Notes: generated from the letters alone by a model not told the origin. Shown: positions 18,935-28,763, counted from the stretch's first letter. The stretch is 64,000 nucleotides of DNA from Candidatus Peregrinibacteria bacterium (GCA_026395515.1 JAPLYN010000006.1:12844-76843), one strand, 5' to 3'. Program-made: numbers and translations.

Positions 18935-19366
18935 ATGAAAACAACAATCGTAAAAAAAGTAGATATCCAAAGAAAATGGTACATCATTGATGCCCAGGAT
19001 AAAATTTTAGGTAAAATCGCTACAAAAGTAGCTGACAAACTAAGAGGAAAAGATAAGCCTATTTTCTCTCCACACATGGATTGCGGAGATTTCGTTATCA
19101 TCACTAATGTTGATAAAGTAAAGCTTACAGGTAAAAAACTTACTGACAAAACTTACGATCGCCATACTGGTTATCCAGGTGGACTTATCTCTCCAAATGC
19201 TAAGACAGTTCTTACTGGAAAAAATCCAGAAAGAGTTATCATCGCAGCTGTAAGAGGAATGTTACCAAAGAACAATCTACGTGACGAGATGATGAAAAAA
19301 CTAAAATTGTTTACAGGTACTGAACACGGTCACGAAGCACAGCAACCTGAAGTTCTAGAAATTTAA
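18935..19366 (+). CDS. rplM: 50S ribosomal protein L13
   Basis: ..KWYIIDAQDKILG.IATKVA..LRGK.KP.FSPH.D.GDFVII.N.. Confidence 0.95.
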   Translation: MKTTIVKKVDIQRKWYIIDAQDKILGKIATKVADKLRGKDKPIFSPHMDCGDFVIITNVDKVKLTGKKLTDKTYDRHTGYPGGLISPNAKTVLTGKNPERVIIAAVRGMLPKNNLRDEMMKKLKLFTGTEHGHEAQQPEVLEI

Positions 19367-19402
19367 TTGTAAATTCTTAATCGCTAATCGTTAATTGATA
19401 CC

Positions 19403-19879
19403 ATGGCTACAAAACGTACTACAAAAGTCGCAACACCAACAGAAGAGAAAGAAGTAAAAGAGGTAAAACCTACTCTTGCTGCTACTCCAAAAGGAAAATA
19501 TTACTATGCTTGCGGTAAGAGAAAGACATCAATCGCTAAAGTACAAATGTTTAAAGGTAGCGGTGAAATTACAATCAATGGAAGAGCAGTTAATGAATAT
19601 CTTCCAGTAAAAACTCTAGTTGGAACTCTAAAAACTCCACTTACAATTACTGGTTCAGTTAAATCTTTCGACATCGTTGCAAAAGTACAAGGTGGTGGTA
19701 TCAGCTCACAAGCTGAAGCTATCCGTCATGGTATTGCAAAAGCTCTTCTTATCTACGATCCATTGAATAAAGCAGCTCTTAAGAAGGCTGGTTTACTTAC
19801 ACGTGATTCACGTATTAAAGAGCGCAAGAAGTTCGGTCTTAAGAGAGCTCGTAAAGGTCCACAGTTCAGCAAACGTTAA
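19403..19879 (+). CDS. rpsI: 30S ribosomal protein S9
   Basis: ..GGG.SSQAEAIRHGIAKAL......LKKAGLLTRDSRIKERKKFGLKRARKGPQFSKR. Confidence 0.95.
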   Translation: MATKRTTKVATPTEEKEVKEVKPTLAATPKGKYYYACGKRKTSIAKVQMFKGSGEITINGRAVNEYLPVKTLVGTLKTPLTITGSVKSFDIVAKVQGGGISSQAEAIRHGIAKALLIYDPLNKAALKKAGLLTRDSRIKERKKFGLKRARKGPQFSKR

Positions 19880-19909
19880 GAATCTGGACTCATCAAAATT
19901 CAAATTCAA

Positions 19910-19942
19910 AACAACTTTCCATTCTCGGAAGGTTGTTTTTTT
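19910..19942 (+). terminator. Intrinsic terminator ending the ribosomal supercluster
   Basis: AACAACTTTCC (19910-19920), loop ATTCTC, GGAAGGTTGTT (19927-19937): an 11-bp stem including one G-T pair, with the T-run continuing to 19942. Confidence 0.8.
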
Positions 19943-19973
19943 GTTAGGATAACCACGAACTCCCCTCTCACCT

Positions 19974-22583
19974 ATGGCCACCCTAAGCAAAAACTACCTG
20001 GAAACTGGTCTTTCTTCTGCGCAAGCAGCGGCTAATCTTGCAAAATTTGGCCCAAATGAAATAAAAACCAAAAAGGAATTCACCGCTCTCAAAATTTTAA
20101 TCTCCCAATTCACTTCTTTCCTTATCGTCATACTCATTGCTTCGGGCCTAATTTCAATTTATCTCAACGAATTGATTGATGGCATAGCCATACTCGCAAT
20201 CGTGCTAATAAACGCAATTATCGGCTTTATACAAGAATACAAAGCGGAGAATGCTGTGAAAGCTTTGAAAAGTCTCGTAGTGCAAACCTGCATAGTCCTT
20301 CGCGATGGCACAGAAAAAGAAATTCCCATCCATGACCTCGTCCCAGAAGACATCATCCTCCTATCTGAAGGCGAAAAAATTCCTGCCGATCTTGAAGTTA
20401 TTGAATCATTCTCACTAAAAGCCGATGAATCTATTCTCACCGGAGAAAGTATTCCAAATGAAAAAAAGGCCGGCAAAGGAAAATCCGAGGCTAAGGCTCC
20501 GTGCCCTGCGGAGTGCAGGGCCTCCCTCCTCTTCAAAGGCACTATCATCGTAAACGGCCGCGGCAAAGCCAAGGTTATTGGGACCGGAATGAACACTGAA
20601 TTCGGCAAAATTGTAAATCTTCTTTCAAAAGAGGAAAAAACTCAATCACTCCTTTCCATACAGCTCGATCGCCTAGGAAAACAAATTGGAATAATAACAC
20701 TCATATTAATCATCGTTCTCTTTATAATTGGATACCTCAAACATATTTCAGCTTATGAAATGCTCTTCGTATCGGTATCTCTGGGAGTTTCCACTATCCC
20801 GGAAGGCATGCCAATAATTGTAACCCTTACTTTAGCCATTGGAGTGCAACTCCTTGCGAGAAAAAATGCTATCGTGCGCAAAATGAACGCCATCGAAACG
20901 CTTGGCGCTACTACCGTAATCTGTTCCGACAAAACCGGTACCCTCACAATGAATGAGATGACCGTCAAAAAAGTCTTTACCAATTTTAATGAAACATCTA
21001 TTCCAGGCGTCGGTTACACATGGACCGACAAAATTTCCCTCAAAACAAAAGAAGATGAAAAGCTGCTAGAAATTTGCGAAAACTGCAACAACTCTTTTGT
21101 CGATAAAAATATTCTCGGCGACCCTACAGAAATTGCACTCAAGATTCTAGCTCGCAAGGCCAATCAATCAAAAACCTACAAAAAACTCGATGAAATAACC
21201 TTCACATCAGATAGAAAAATGATGAGTACACTCAATCTCATCGACAATAAAAAATACGTTCTATCTAAAGGAGCCTTCGAAGAAATTCTCAAAAATTGTA
21301 CTCACATAAGTATCAAAGGGAAAATCCGCGCCATCACTGCAAAAGACAAACAACTGATAGAAAAAACTGCGATTTCCTACGCCGAAGAAGCTTTACGAGT
21401 TCTCGGATTCGCCTACAAAGAATTCTCCACTAAATTCACGGAAGATAAATTAGTTTTTGTCGGACTTGTCGGAATGATTGATCCTCCTAGAAAAGAGGTG
21501 GCAAATTCCATAAAGTTGGCTCAACAAGCTGGAATACAGATTAAAATAATCACAGGAGATAATCCAATTACAGCAAAAGCTATAGGTAAAAGTGTCGGCT
21601 TAAAAATCACCAACGTCATTACTGGAGATGAAATGGATAAGCTCAATGATACTGAACTCTCCAAACTAATTTATAAAACTTCCATTTTTGCCCGCACCAG
21701 ACCTGAACACAAATATCGCATCGTCTCCCTTCTCCAAGCCGCAAACGAAGTAGTAGCCGTCACAGGCGATGGCGTAAATGATGCACCAGCACTAAAAAAA
21801 GCAGATGTGGGAATTGCTATGGGAATCAAAGGAACAGAGGCAACAAAAGAAGTAGCCGATATTGTCCTCAAAGATGACAATTTCAGTACAATAATCACTA
21901 CTATCGAACAAGGCCGCCAAATATACAACAACATTCTTTCCTTCATTAAATACATGCTTGCGGCCAATCTGGATGGCATCATGATTGTTGGACTAGTTAC
22001 AATAATAGGATTTCCACTACCTCTCTTGCCTTTGCAAATTCTCTGGATAAACCTGGCAACAGATGCCTTGCCAGCACTAGCACTAGGACAATCCAAAGGA
22101 GCTAAAGGATTAATGCAGGAAAAACCTCATCCAAAAGATGAAAATATGTTCAGAAAATTTGGCGACATAATTATTGTCACTATTATTATACAAACCATCC
22201 TCAATTTGGTGCTCTACTTCTATGGACTCAATCAAGATACTCTAATGAACATAAATACTTCAGATCTCTCGATTGGATCACACACCAGAACACTAATCTT
22301 CACGGAAATAGTAATTTTCGAATTATTTTTTGCTTTCGTTTGCAAAGGAAAAGATAATAAAAAATTCTCATCATATTTTTCAAATCGCAGCCTAAATATA
22401 GCAGTTCTACTTTCTCTACTTCTTCAAGTCGTTGTTATATATCTTCCATTTGCTCAAACAATTTTCAAAACCATTCCACTAAACATTTACGAATGGGTGG
22501 CAATAACAATCTGCAGCCTAACTGCGTTTGTCATACCTGCTATAACAGAATTTCTTAGGAAAATTTTCAAAAAATCTATATAA
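19974..22583 (+). CDS. P-type cation-transporting ATPase (P2-like, Ca2+/Mg2+-type)
   Basis: 869 aa with LTGES, ICSDKTGTLT, ITGDN and VTGDGVNDAPALKKADVGIAMG motifs, plus multiple TM segments. Confidence 0.93.
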   Translation: MATLSKNYLETGLSSAQAAANLAKFGPNEIKTKKEFTALKILISQFTSFLIVILIASGLISIYLNELIDGIAILAIVLINAIIGFIQEYKAENAVKALKSLVVQTCIVLRDGTEKEIPIHDLVPEDIILLSEGEKIPADLEVIESFSLKADESILTGESIPNEKKAGKGKSEAKAPCPAECRASLLFKGTIIVNGRGKAKVIGTGMNTEFGKIVNLLSKEEKTQSLLSIQLDRLGKQIGIITLILIIVLFIIGYLKHISAYEMLFVSVSLGVSTIPEGMPIIVTLTLAIGVQLLARKNAIVRKMNAIETLGATTVICSDKTGTLTMNEMTVKKVFTNFNETSIPGVGYTWTDKISLKTKEDEKLLEICENCNNSFVDKNILGDPTEIALKILARKANQSKTYKKLDEITFTSDRKMMSTLNLIDNKKYVLSKGAFEEILKNCTHISIKGKIRAITAKDKQLIEKTAISYAEEALRVLGFAYKEFSTKFTEDKLVFVGLVGMIDPPRKEVANSIKLAQQAGIQIKIITGDNPITAKAIGKSVGLKITNVITGDEMDKLNDTELSKLIYKTSIFARTRPEHKYRIVSLLQAANEVVAVTGDGVNDAPALKKADVGIAMGIKGTEATKEVADIVLKDDNFSTIITTIEQGRQIYNNILSFIKYMLAANLDGIMIVGLVTIIGFPLPLLPLQILWINLATDALPALALGQSKGAKGLMQEKPHPKDENMFRKFGDIIIVTIIIQTILNLVLYFYGLNQDTLMNINTSDLSIGSHTRTLIFTEIVIFELFFAFVCKGKDNKKFSSYFSNRSLNIAVLLSLLLQVVVIYLPFAQTIFKTIPLNIYEWVAITICSLTAFVIPAITEFLRKIFKKSI

Positions 22584-22590
22584 TCGGGAC

Positions 22591-23238
22591 ATGCGTTTCG
22601 ACATACTCACAATTTTCCCAAACATCTTTGATTCGTACATCAATACGAGCATTCTCAAACGTGCCCAAGAAAAGAAAATTATTAAGATTGTTATTCACGA
22701 CATTCGTAAATTTACTAAAGACAAACACAACAAAGTAGATGACCTTCCTTTTGGTGGAGGCGCGGGCATGGTAATGACTCCTCAACCACTTTACGACTGC
22801 ATCAAACACGTTAAGAAACTCAACAAAGGCCCAGTAATTTATCTCTCCCCTCGCGGAAAAGTTCTCACTCAAATAAAAGTGGAACAATATAGCAAGAAGT
22901 GCAAAGGCATGATTCTCCTCTGCGGACATTATGAAGGAATCGATCAGAGAATTATCGACTCACTAGTTGATGAAGAATTATCCATCGGTAAATATGTTCT
23001 TACCGGCGGAGAACTACCAGCCATTACCGTAGTAGATGCTGTAGCTCGCCTACTTCCGGGAGTTCTCGGACGTGCTGAATCTCACGAAGAAGAATCATTT
23101 TCCAAATCTCTAAATCGCAAAAAAGAATATCCACACTACACTCGCCCAGCAGATTTTCTCGGAATGAAAGTTCCAGATGTCCTAATGTCCGGGCATCACA
23201 AAGAAATTGCCAAATGGCGCAAAAGCAAACTTTCCTAA
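22591..23238 (+). CDS. trmD: tRNA (guanine37-N1)-methyltransferase
   Basis: MRFDILTIFPNIF..Y...SIL.RA...........D.R.FT.DKH..VDD.PFGGGAGMVM..., 215 aa. Confidence 0.93.
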   Translation: MRFDILTIFPNIFDSYINTSILKRAQEKKIIKIVIHDIRKFTKDKHNKVDDLPFGGGAGMVMTPQPLYDCIKHVKKLNKGPVIYLSPRGKVLTQIKVEQYSKKCKGMILLCGHYEGIDQRIIDSLVDEELSIGKYVLTGGELPAITVVDAVARLLPGVLGRAESHEEESFSKSLNRKKEYPHYTRPADFLGMKVPDVLMSGHHKEIAKWRKSKLS

Positions 23239-23241
23239 ACT

Positions 23242-25077
23242 ATGAATCAAGACCTCCTCTTCAATATTTTGGCTCTTTTGGGCTCTGTCGCTCCGATTAG
23301 TTTAGCGGCATCTTTAACCATTCCAAAATTTTATCTCAAGCTTAACGGCAGACTTTCAAGAACTACCAGCATCTGTACTCCAATCACCGGAGTACTCACA
23401 AAAGAACCAGTAGAAGTTAAAACTGTTTTCTTTGATAAATTCAAAGCCCGTGCTGCATTAAATGTTTCCGACAGTCATCATTTCACTCTACTCGACACCC
23501 AAAGCAAAATAGAAATCGAAGTAAAAAGAACCGAACTCCAAAAAGAGAATGCCATGAATTTAATGGCTATCACTACATGCTTTTGTCATTACGAGAAAAT
23601 GAAGAACATTGAAGAAATAAGTGAAAATCTTTTCAAATCTTGTGCTATCGATCTCAAAAAAATTCGTGAAGAACACCAAGTAATTACAAAAATAAACTCC
23701 GATCCGGAAAAGAAAATTTCTACTGCAGTTGTTGTAAACAATAAGACTAAAGAAATTTTTGCTTTCTCCAAAGGTAATCCATACAAAATTCTTGAAAAAT
23801 GTACTCGCGAATTAGTAGACGGCAAAAAAGAACCAATCGACCATCAGCGCCGCCACAAGCTAAAAAAACGTATTGAGAAAATGAACAAGAAAGGTCAAAA
23901 AGTAATTGCCTTCGCTTACAAAGGAATGCCAATTAAACGTCTCGAAAATTACAGTGAACAACTCTGTGAAACAGAAATGGTTCTCATCGGATCAATAGGA
24001 CTCGTAGAAAATATAAACAGCGAACTAATCCCCTACATCGAAGAAATCAAAAAAAATAAGATTAAAATTTTTGTAATTTCCGGAGTGAAAGAGAAAAAGG
24101 CCGTAGCCATTGCCACAGAAATGAAAATCATCAATCCAAACCATTTTGAAGCTGTAGATGGAGAAGCACTCGACAATATCGACGAACAAAGATTTGAAAA
24201 AATGCTTCTAAACAGAGACAAAGATTACGTTTTCTGTGATATGAAACCAAATCATCGTAATCGAATTATTGAGACTCTAGATAAGATTGGTGAGATCGCA
24301 ACCTTCGCCAGCAAAAAACATGGTCATAGCATTAAAGAACTTTTGGAACATATCGATCGCAGCCGTAAAAATCGTAAAAATCGCGGCAAATTAATCAGTC
24401 ACGCCCTCAATTCAAAACTAGCTGAAATTGGGCTTCTGGTAGCGGCATTTATCTTACGCGCACCGTTCCCACTTTCCATTTCGCTTATCATAATTTTAGA
24501 TATTTTCATCAACATAATTCTAGAACTCGCAGTAAATAGCGATAAAAAATCTGACTCCCACATCATTAATCAGGAGAAAATTTTTAATCCTAAACTACTC
24601 ATCAACGGAACTCTCAGCGCGCTAGTTATCGGAACCGTTTATTTCTGGAGCCTACTCCGTTATGGTTGGATCCCAGGAGAAAATATTTCAACAGATAGCG
24701 TCGCCTACACAAAATCCAGCACTATGGTTTTTATTCTGTTGGCGATCGTTCAGATAATTCTATCCTACGAAATTCGTAATAAAGAAAAAAGTATTTTCAG
24801 AAACAAAACACTCTCAAATATCTATCTACTTTTAACAACAATAGTTTGCGGCTTAATTATTCAAACTCTAACTAGCTATTCTAGCTTAGAAAAACTCCTA
24901 AATCTCACAGACCTCAATGGCAACGAAATCGCCGTTATCATTTTCAGCTCTTTCCTTTTCCTTCTGATTGTAGAATTATATAAAGCAATTCTTCGCCATA
25001 TCCACAAAAATGAAAATATCAATCCCGTTAGCCAAATACCTGCGCATCAAAGTCCTTCCGAAAAGCTCGACGAATGA
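23242..25077 (+). CDS. P-type ATPase paralog lacking the A domain and M1-M3, with all catalytic motifs substituted
   Basis: Colinear with residues ~300-869 of the ATPase at 19974. The motifs differ: SICTPITGVLT in place of ICSDKTGTLT, ISGVKE in place of ITGDNP, and FASKKHGHSIKEL in place of TGDGVNDAPAL. The C-terminal TM helices are retained. Confidence 0.7.
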   Translation: MNQDLLFNILALLGSVAPISLAASLTIPKFYLKLNGRLSRTTSICTPITGVLTKEPVEVKTVFFDKFKARAALNVSDSHHFTLLDTQSKIEIEVKRTELQKENAMNLMAITTCFCHYEKMKNIEEISENLFKSCAIDLKKIREEHQVITKINSDPEKKISTAVVVNNKTKEIFAFSKGNPYKILEKCTRELVDGKKEPIDHQRRHKLKKRIEKMNKKGQKVIAFAYKGMPIKRLENYSEQLCETEMVLIGSIGLVENINSELIPYIEEIKKNKIKIFVISGVKEKKAVAIATEMKIINPNHFEAVDGEALDNIDEQRFEKMLLNRDKDYVFCDMKPNHRNRIIETLDKIGEIATFASKKHGHSIKELLEHIDRSRKNRKNRGKLISHALNSKLAEIGLLVAAFILRAPFPLSISLIIILDIFINIILELAVNSDKKSDSHIINQEKIFNPKLLINGTLSALVIGTVYFWSLLRYGWIPGENISTDSVAYTKSSTMVFILLAIVQIILSYEIRNKEKSIFRNKTLSNIYLLLTTIVCGLIIQTLTSYSSLEKLLNLTDLNGNEIAVIIFSSFLFLLIVELYKAILRHIHKNENINPVSQIPAHQSPSEKLDE

Positions 25078-25270
25078 AGTGACAGAAATAATGACGGATG
25101 ACACTGGCGAACAAACCATAAAAATCCGCATTAAAGCTGTACCAGAAAAAGGAAAAGCCAACGAAGAATTAATCAAATTTCTCAGCAAAGAACTAAGCAT
25201 CCCAAAAGATCAAATCACTATAATCAGCGGCAAAAGCACTCAATTAAAACTAGTCAGATTCGACTACTAA
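25010..25270 (+). CDS. DUF167/UPF0235 (YggU-like) small protein
   Basis: ..LRIKVLPKSSTNEV......IKIRIKAVPEKGKANEELIKFLSKELSIPKDQITIISGKSTQLKLVRF. The track start overlaps the upstream gene by 68 nt, so the true start may be internal. Confidence 0.7.
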   Translation: MKISIPLAKYLRIKVLPKSSTNEVTEIMTDDTGEQTIKIRIKAVPEKGKANEELIKFLSKELSIPKDQITIISGKSTQLKLVRFDY

Positions 25271-25279
25271 CAACAAGTC

Positions 25280-26074
25280 ATGGAACTCTACAACCTTGCC
25301 GATATCAAAACTATTTTAGAAAAACACGGTCTCTGGGCAAAAAAACAATTTGGCCAAAACTTTCTGATAAACAAAGATATTTTGATGACTATAGTGGAAA
25401 CTGCCAAACTCAAACCCACTGAACAAGTAATCGAAATTGGTCCTGGTCTTGGCGTACTCACAAATGAACTAGCAAAACTTGTCACTAGAGTGACTTGCCT
25501 TGAGTTAGACACCACTTTGCTTCCTGTTCTAAAAGAAACGCTCTCAGCGTACAAAAACGTGCAAATTTTAAATCAGGATGCCCTACACTTCACTCCATGT
25601 TTCAAAGAATACAAAGTCGTGGCAAATATTCCCTACAACATCACTTCCCCATTAATAAATCTCTTCCTTCAAGCAGATCTGAAACCTGAATCAATGACCA
25701 TCTTGGTACAAAGAGAAGTTGCTGAAAAAATCTGCATCATTGATCCAGACATGACCGTACTATCTCTTCAAGTAGCCCTTTTCGGCAAAGCAAGATTAGT
25801 TAAAAAAGTTGGAGCAGGATGTTTTTATCCAGCACCAAAAGTAGAATCTGCCATTCTTCATATAGATATCTACAAACCAGGAGACGAAAATTACGTTGAA
25901 ACAAAAAAAGCTCTAGAAGCTCTCAATCTAGCTAAAAAAGCTTTCTCTCAACGCCGCAAAATGCTTTCCAACACCCTCGCCGACTACAAAGAAAAAATGG
26001 CCAAAGTAGGCATAGCTTCAAATCGCCGTCCAGAAACTCTTTCCATCAAAGAATGGATAAGTCTAACAGATTGA
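25280..26074 (+). CDS. rsmA: 16S rRNA (adenine1518/1519-N6)-dimethyltransferase
   Basis: ..FGQNFLINKDIL...IEIGPGLGVLT...VANIPYNITSPL... Confidence 0.93.
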   Translation: MELYNLADIKTILEKHGLWAKKQFGQNFLINKDILMTIVETAKLKPTEQVIEIGPGLGVLTNELAKLVTRVTCLELDTTLLPVLKETLSAYKNVQILNQDALHFTPCFKEYKVVANIPYNITSPLINLFLQADLKPESMTILVQREVAEKICIIDPDMTVLSLQVALFGKARLVKKVGAGCFYPAPKVESAILHIDIYKPGDENYVETKKALEALNLAKKAFSQRRKMLSNTLADYKEKMAKVGIASNRRPETLSIKEWISLTD

Positions 26075-26122
26075 ATAAAAAGCTAAAATAAGCTATAATT
26101 ATAAGATTATTTCTAATAATTT

Positions 26123-27766
26123 ATGCTTTTAAAAAAGCCCACCAAAATCAGTATTTTTAAAGAATTTTTTCTGGTTTTCGACGCGCCATCAGAAGGAATT
26201 AAAGGAATTAAACGTGAACCTGAAGGAGCAGAAGCTCACCCACGAAAAGACCTAGATGAACAAAAAGAACCTGTAAAAGTTGATGCAAAAAAAGAAACTA
26301 AAAAGATGGCTAGTGATATTGGCAATGACCTGGCAACAATAGAAAAATCATTAGAAAAATATGCTAAATCTTATGAAGAGGCACTAAACAGCCAAGTAAA
26401 AGAAGAAGATTTATCAGAAATCCGAAAAAAAGCAGAAAGTGACGAAACTGCTCTTGAAGATTTGCAAAACGATTCAGAATGGCTGGGAGTTAAAATAGAA
26501 GATTATGACAAAAAGTTTGGAAAATTATCCAAAGCTTATTTGGAAATAAAAAAGGATGACTCTAAAAAAGAAGTCTTAGTCGTAAAAAATGATTTAGATA
26601 ACAATCACAAAGTAAAATTTGGCCTGGGTGCTGGACATCTTTTACCACCAAGTGTCGCTAGTGCAAGTATTACTGATCTATCGGGAAATACCCGCACAGG
26701 AAAAAGAGAAATTCATAGTGGAAAAGTTGGTTATTATGATGAAAAAGGCTATATCCCAATCTTCGGCAGCTACACCATAGAACCTAAAGAATTCCTACAG
26801 GAAGGTTCTGAAGACTATAAAAAAATAGTTGAAGCAGAAAAAAATAATCATCTGGAAAGGAAAAGTAAACCTACGACCACCGAACCACAACCAGAACAGC
26901 CAACGGCAGCAGCAACAGCAACGCCAAAGCCAGAACCACAAACTGCATCGCCTGCACCTGGTCCAAGTGAAATTAAAACACCTCAACCAGCAGAAAAACC
27001 TGCCACAGCTCCGACAACCACAGCAGCACCAGCCGCTTCTCCCTCAGCTTTATCCGAAGAACTGATAACAGCTTTTCAGAAAAATGTTGAGAAAATTACT
27101 GAAAATATGAAAGGAAATGTTGCAGTCAGCATCTTTGATCCTGACACTGGAAAATATATCGCACGGCTAAACCAAAATGAAATTACCCCATCAGCATCTT
27201 TAATTAAAGTGCAGATTCTATTTGCGCTCTATAAAGCCGTAAAGCTTGGCAAAGTAAAAGACAGCGATGTTCCGCAACTACAGAAGGCTGCCGAAAAAAT
27301 GATTGCAGATAGCAATAATGCTTCAACCAATGTGATTATAAACTATCTTGGTATGGATTTTATAAACCAATCAATACAGGAACTCGGATTCAAAGATACA
27401 AAACTTAATCGCTTAATGCTCGGCCCAGGGTCAGGACGAAACTGGACCAGCGCACAAGACATGACAAAAGCATTGACCCTTGCCATCACGCATGAGGCTC
27501 CAGACGGATGGCCTTCAGCCATGGAATTAATGCAAATAAATGGACACACTGGAAAATTGGGAGGAATGATTCCGCAAGAAGTGAAAATAGCACGAAAGTG
27601 TGGTGCAATTGCTGATCAAGAACATTATTCAGCCATTTACACCCTCGGCAAGAAAAAACTTATCATAGTTGTCATGGTATCAAATTTCGATACCAGAGAG
27701 CATGCAAAAGAAGGAATTAGAAAAATCGGCATGCTTGTATATGATGCATTAAAGCAAAAGACTTAA
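26123..27766 (+). CDS. Multidomain protein: Lys/Glu-rich N-terminus, shared unknown domain, Pro/Thr/Ala linker, C-terminal class-A beta-lactamase-fold serine hydrolase domain
   Basis: The C-terminal domain has an SxxK-like motif (PSASLIKV), an SDN-like motif (ADSNNASTN) and a KTG-like motif (RKCG). A low-complexity PT-rich linker spans ~26870-27050. Confidence 0.6.
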   Translation: MLLKKPTKISIFKEFFLVFDAPSEGIKGIKREPEGAEAHPRKDLDEQKEPVKVDAKKETKKMASDIGNDLATIEKSLEKYAKSYEEALNSQVKEEDLSEIRKKAESDETALEDLQNDSEWLGVKIEDYDKKFGKLSKAYLEIKKDDSKKEVLVVKNDLDNNHKVKFGLGAGHLLPPSVASASITDLSGNTRTGKREIHSGKVGYYDEKGYIPIFGSYTIEPKEFLQEGSEDYKKIVEAEKNNHLERKSKPTTTEPQPEQPTAAATATPKPEPQTASPAPGPSEIKTPQPAEKPATAPTTTAAPAASPSALSEELITAFQKNVEKITENMKGNVAVSIFDPDTGKYIARLNQNEITPSASLIKVQILFALYKAVKLGKVKDSDVPQLQKAAEKMIADSNNASTNVIINYLGMDFINQSIQELGFKDTKLNRLMLGPGSGRNWTSAQDMTKALTLAITHEAPDGWPSAMELMQINGHTGKLGGMIPQEVKIARKCGAIADQEHYSAIYTLGKKKLIIVVMVSNFDTREHAKEGIRKIGMLVYDALKQKT

Positions 27767-27768
27767 TT

Positions 27769-28743
27769 TTAAAGAGCCGCCTCTAAATCTTTTTTCATTT
27801 CTAGAACAGCAGTTCTTGCCGCTTCAGCATAAGCATCAGGAAGCATTCCCATTTTTTCATATGCAAAAATAATTCCGCGGCTATTATTGATAAGCGCGCC
27901 AAAACCATCTTCATTAAAACAAGGCTTCACATCTTCTGCTCCAGCTCCTTGAGCACCATATCCTGGCACCAAGAAAATAGTATTTGGCATAATCTCGCGA
28001 AGTTTCTTTGCTTGCTCAGGAAAAGTCGCCCCAACCACCGCACCCACAAAGTTATAATTATTCTCCCCAATCTCATCAGCTCCCCAACTATCTACCAAAT
28101 GACCCACAATTTCATATAAAGCCTTACCAGGTCCTCCCTTATTATCCACATCTTGCATTATCAAATCCTGCAAATCTCCACTGCTCTTATTTGAAGTCTT
28201 CACGAGAACGAAAACTCCTTTTCCATATTTTTTGCATTCTTCCAAAAATGGCTTAATTCCATCCCAACCAAGATAAGGATTAATTGTAATACTATCCGCT
28301 TCAAAAATTGGCATCACCACTTCATTATCACCTTCAAAAATCTGCACCTCCCCAAGAAAAGCCTGAGCATAAGCTTCAGCCGTAGTTCCGATATCATTTC
28401 TTTTCGCATCAGCAATAGTGAGCAAGCCTTTTGATTTTGCATATCTCAATGTATCCACATAAGCCTTAACTCCATCTGCTCCATAAATTTCATAGAACGC
28501 AATTTGTGGCTTCACTACAGGCACAAGATCAAACACCGCATCAATAATTCCTTTATTAAATTCATACAAAGCCATCGCCGCAGCACCAGTCGGAGAAAGA
28601 TGCTGTCCATCATCATCCGTATATGCCAAAGCACGATTCACAATACTAGCTGGAATCTTATCCAAACGTGGATCAAGCCCCACACAAATAGCATTTCCCT
28701 TAGCCTTCACTGCTTCTATCAATTTGTCTGCAAAGTTTTTCAT
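27769..28743 (-). CDS. pyrF: Orotidine 5'-phosphate decarboxylase, long (type 2) form
   Basis: MKNFADKLIEAVKAKGNAICVGLDPRLDKIP..., 324 aa, last gene of the pyr operon. Confidence 0.88.
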   Translation of the reverse strand: MKNFADKLIEAVKAKGNAICVGLDPRLDKIPASIVNRALAYTDDDGQHLSPTGAAAMALYEFNKGIIDAVFDLVPVVKPQIAFYEIYGADGVKAYVDTLRYAKSKGLLTIADAKRNDIGTTAEAYAQAFLGEVQIFEGDNEVVMPIFEADSITINPYLGWDGIKPFLEECKKYGKGVFVLVKTSNKSSGDLQDLIMQDVDNKGGPGKALYEIVGHLVDSWGADEIGENNYNFVGAVVGATFPEQAKKLREIMPNTIFLVPGYGAQGAGAEDVKPCFNEDGFGALINNSRGIIFAYEKMGMLPDAYAEAARTAVLEMKKDLEAAL

Positions 28744-28763
28744 CTCGCTTTTTTTAAAATATA

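Noticed and set aside
25010-25077. A 68-nt overlap between the degenerate ATPase paralog and the DUF167 gene, considered as possible programmed frameshift or fusion.
   Set aside because: There is no slippery heptamer or downstream structure. It is more simply explained by an uncertain DUF167 start codon or an ordinary gene overlap.
26795-27065. Overlapping ORFs (minus 26795-26986, plus 26829-27065) rich in Q, R, C and W.
   Set aside because: They are alternative-frame readings of the Pro/Thr/Ala/Glu low-complexity linker of the 547-aa protein.
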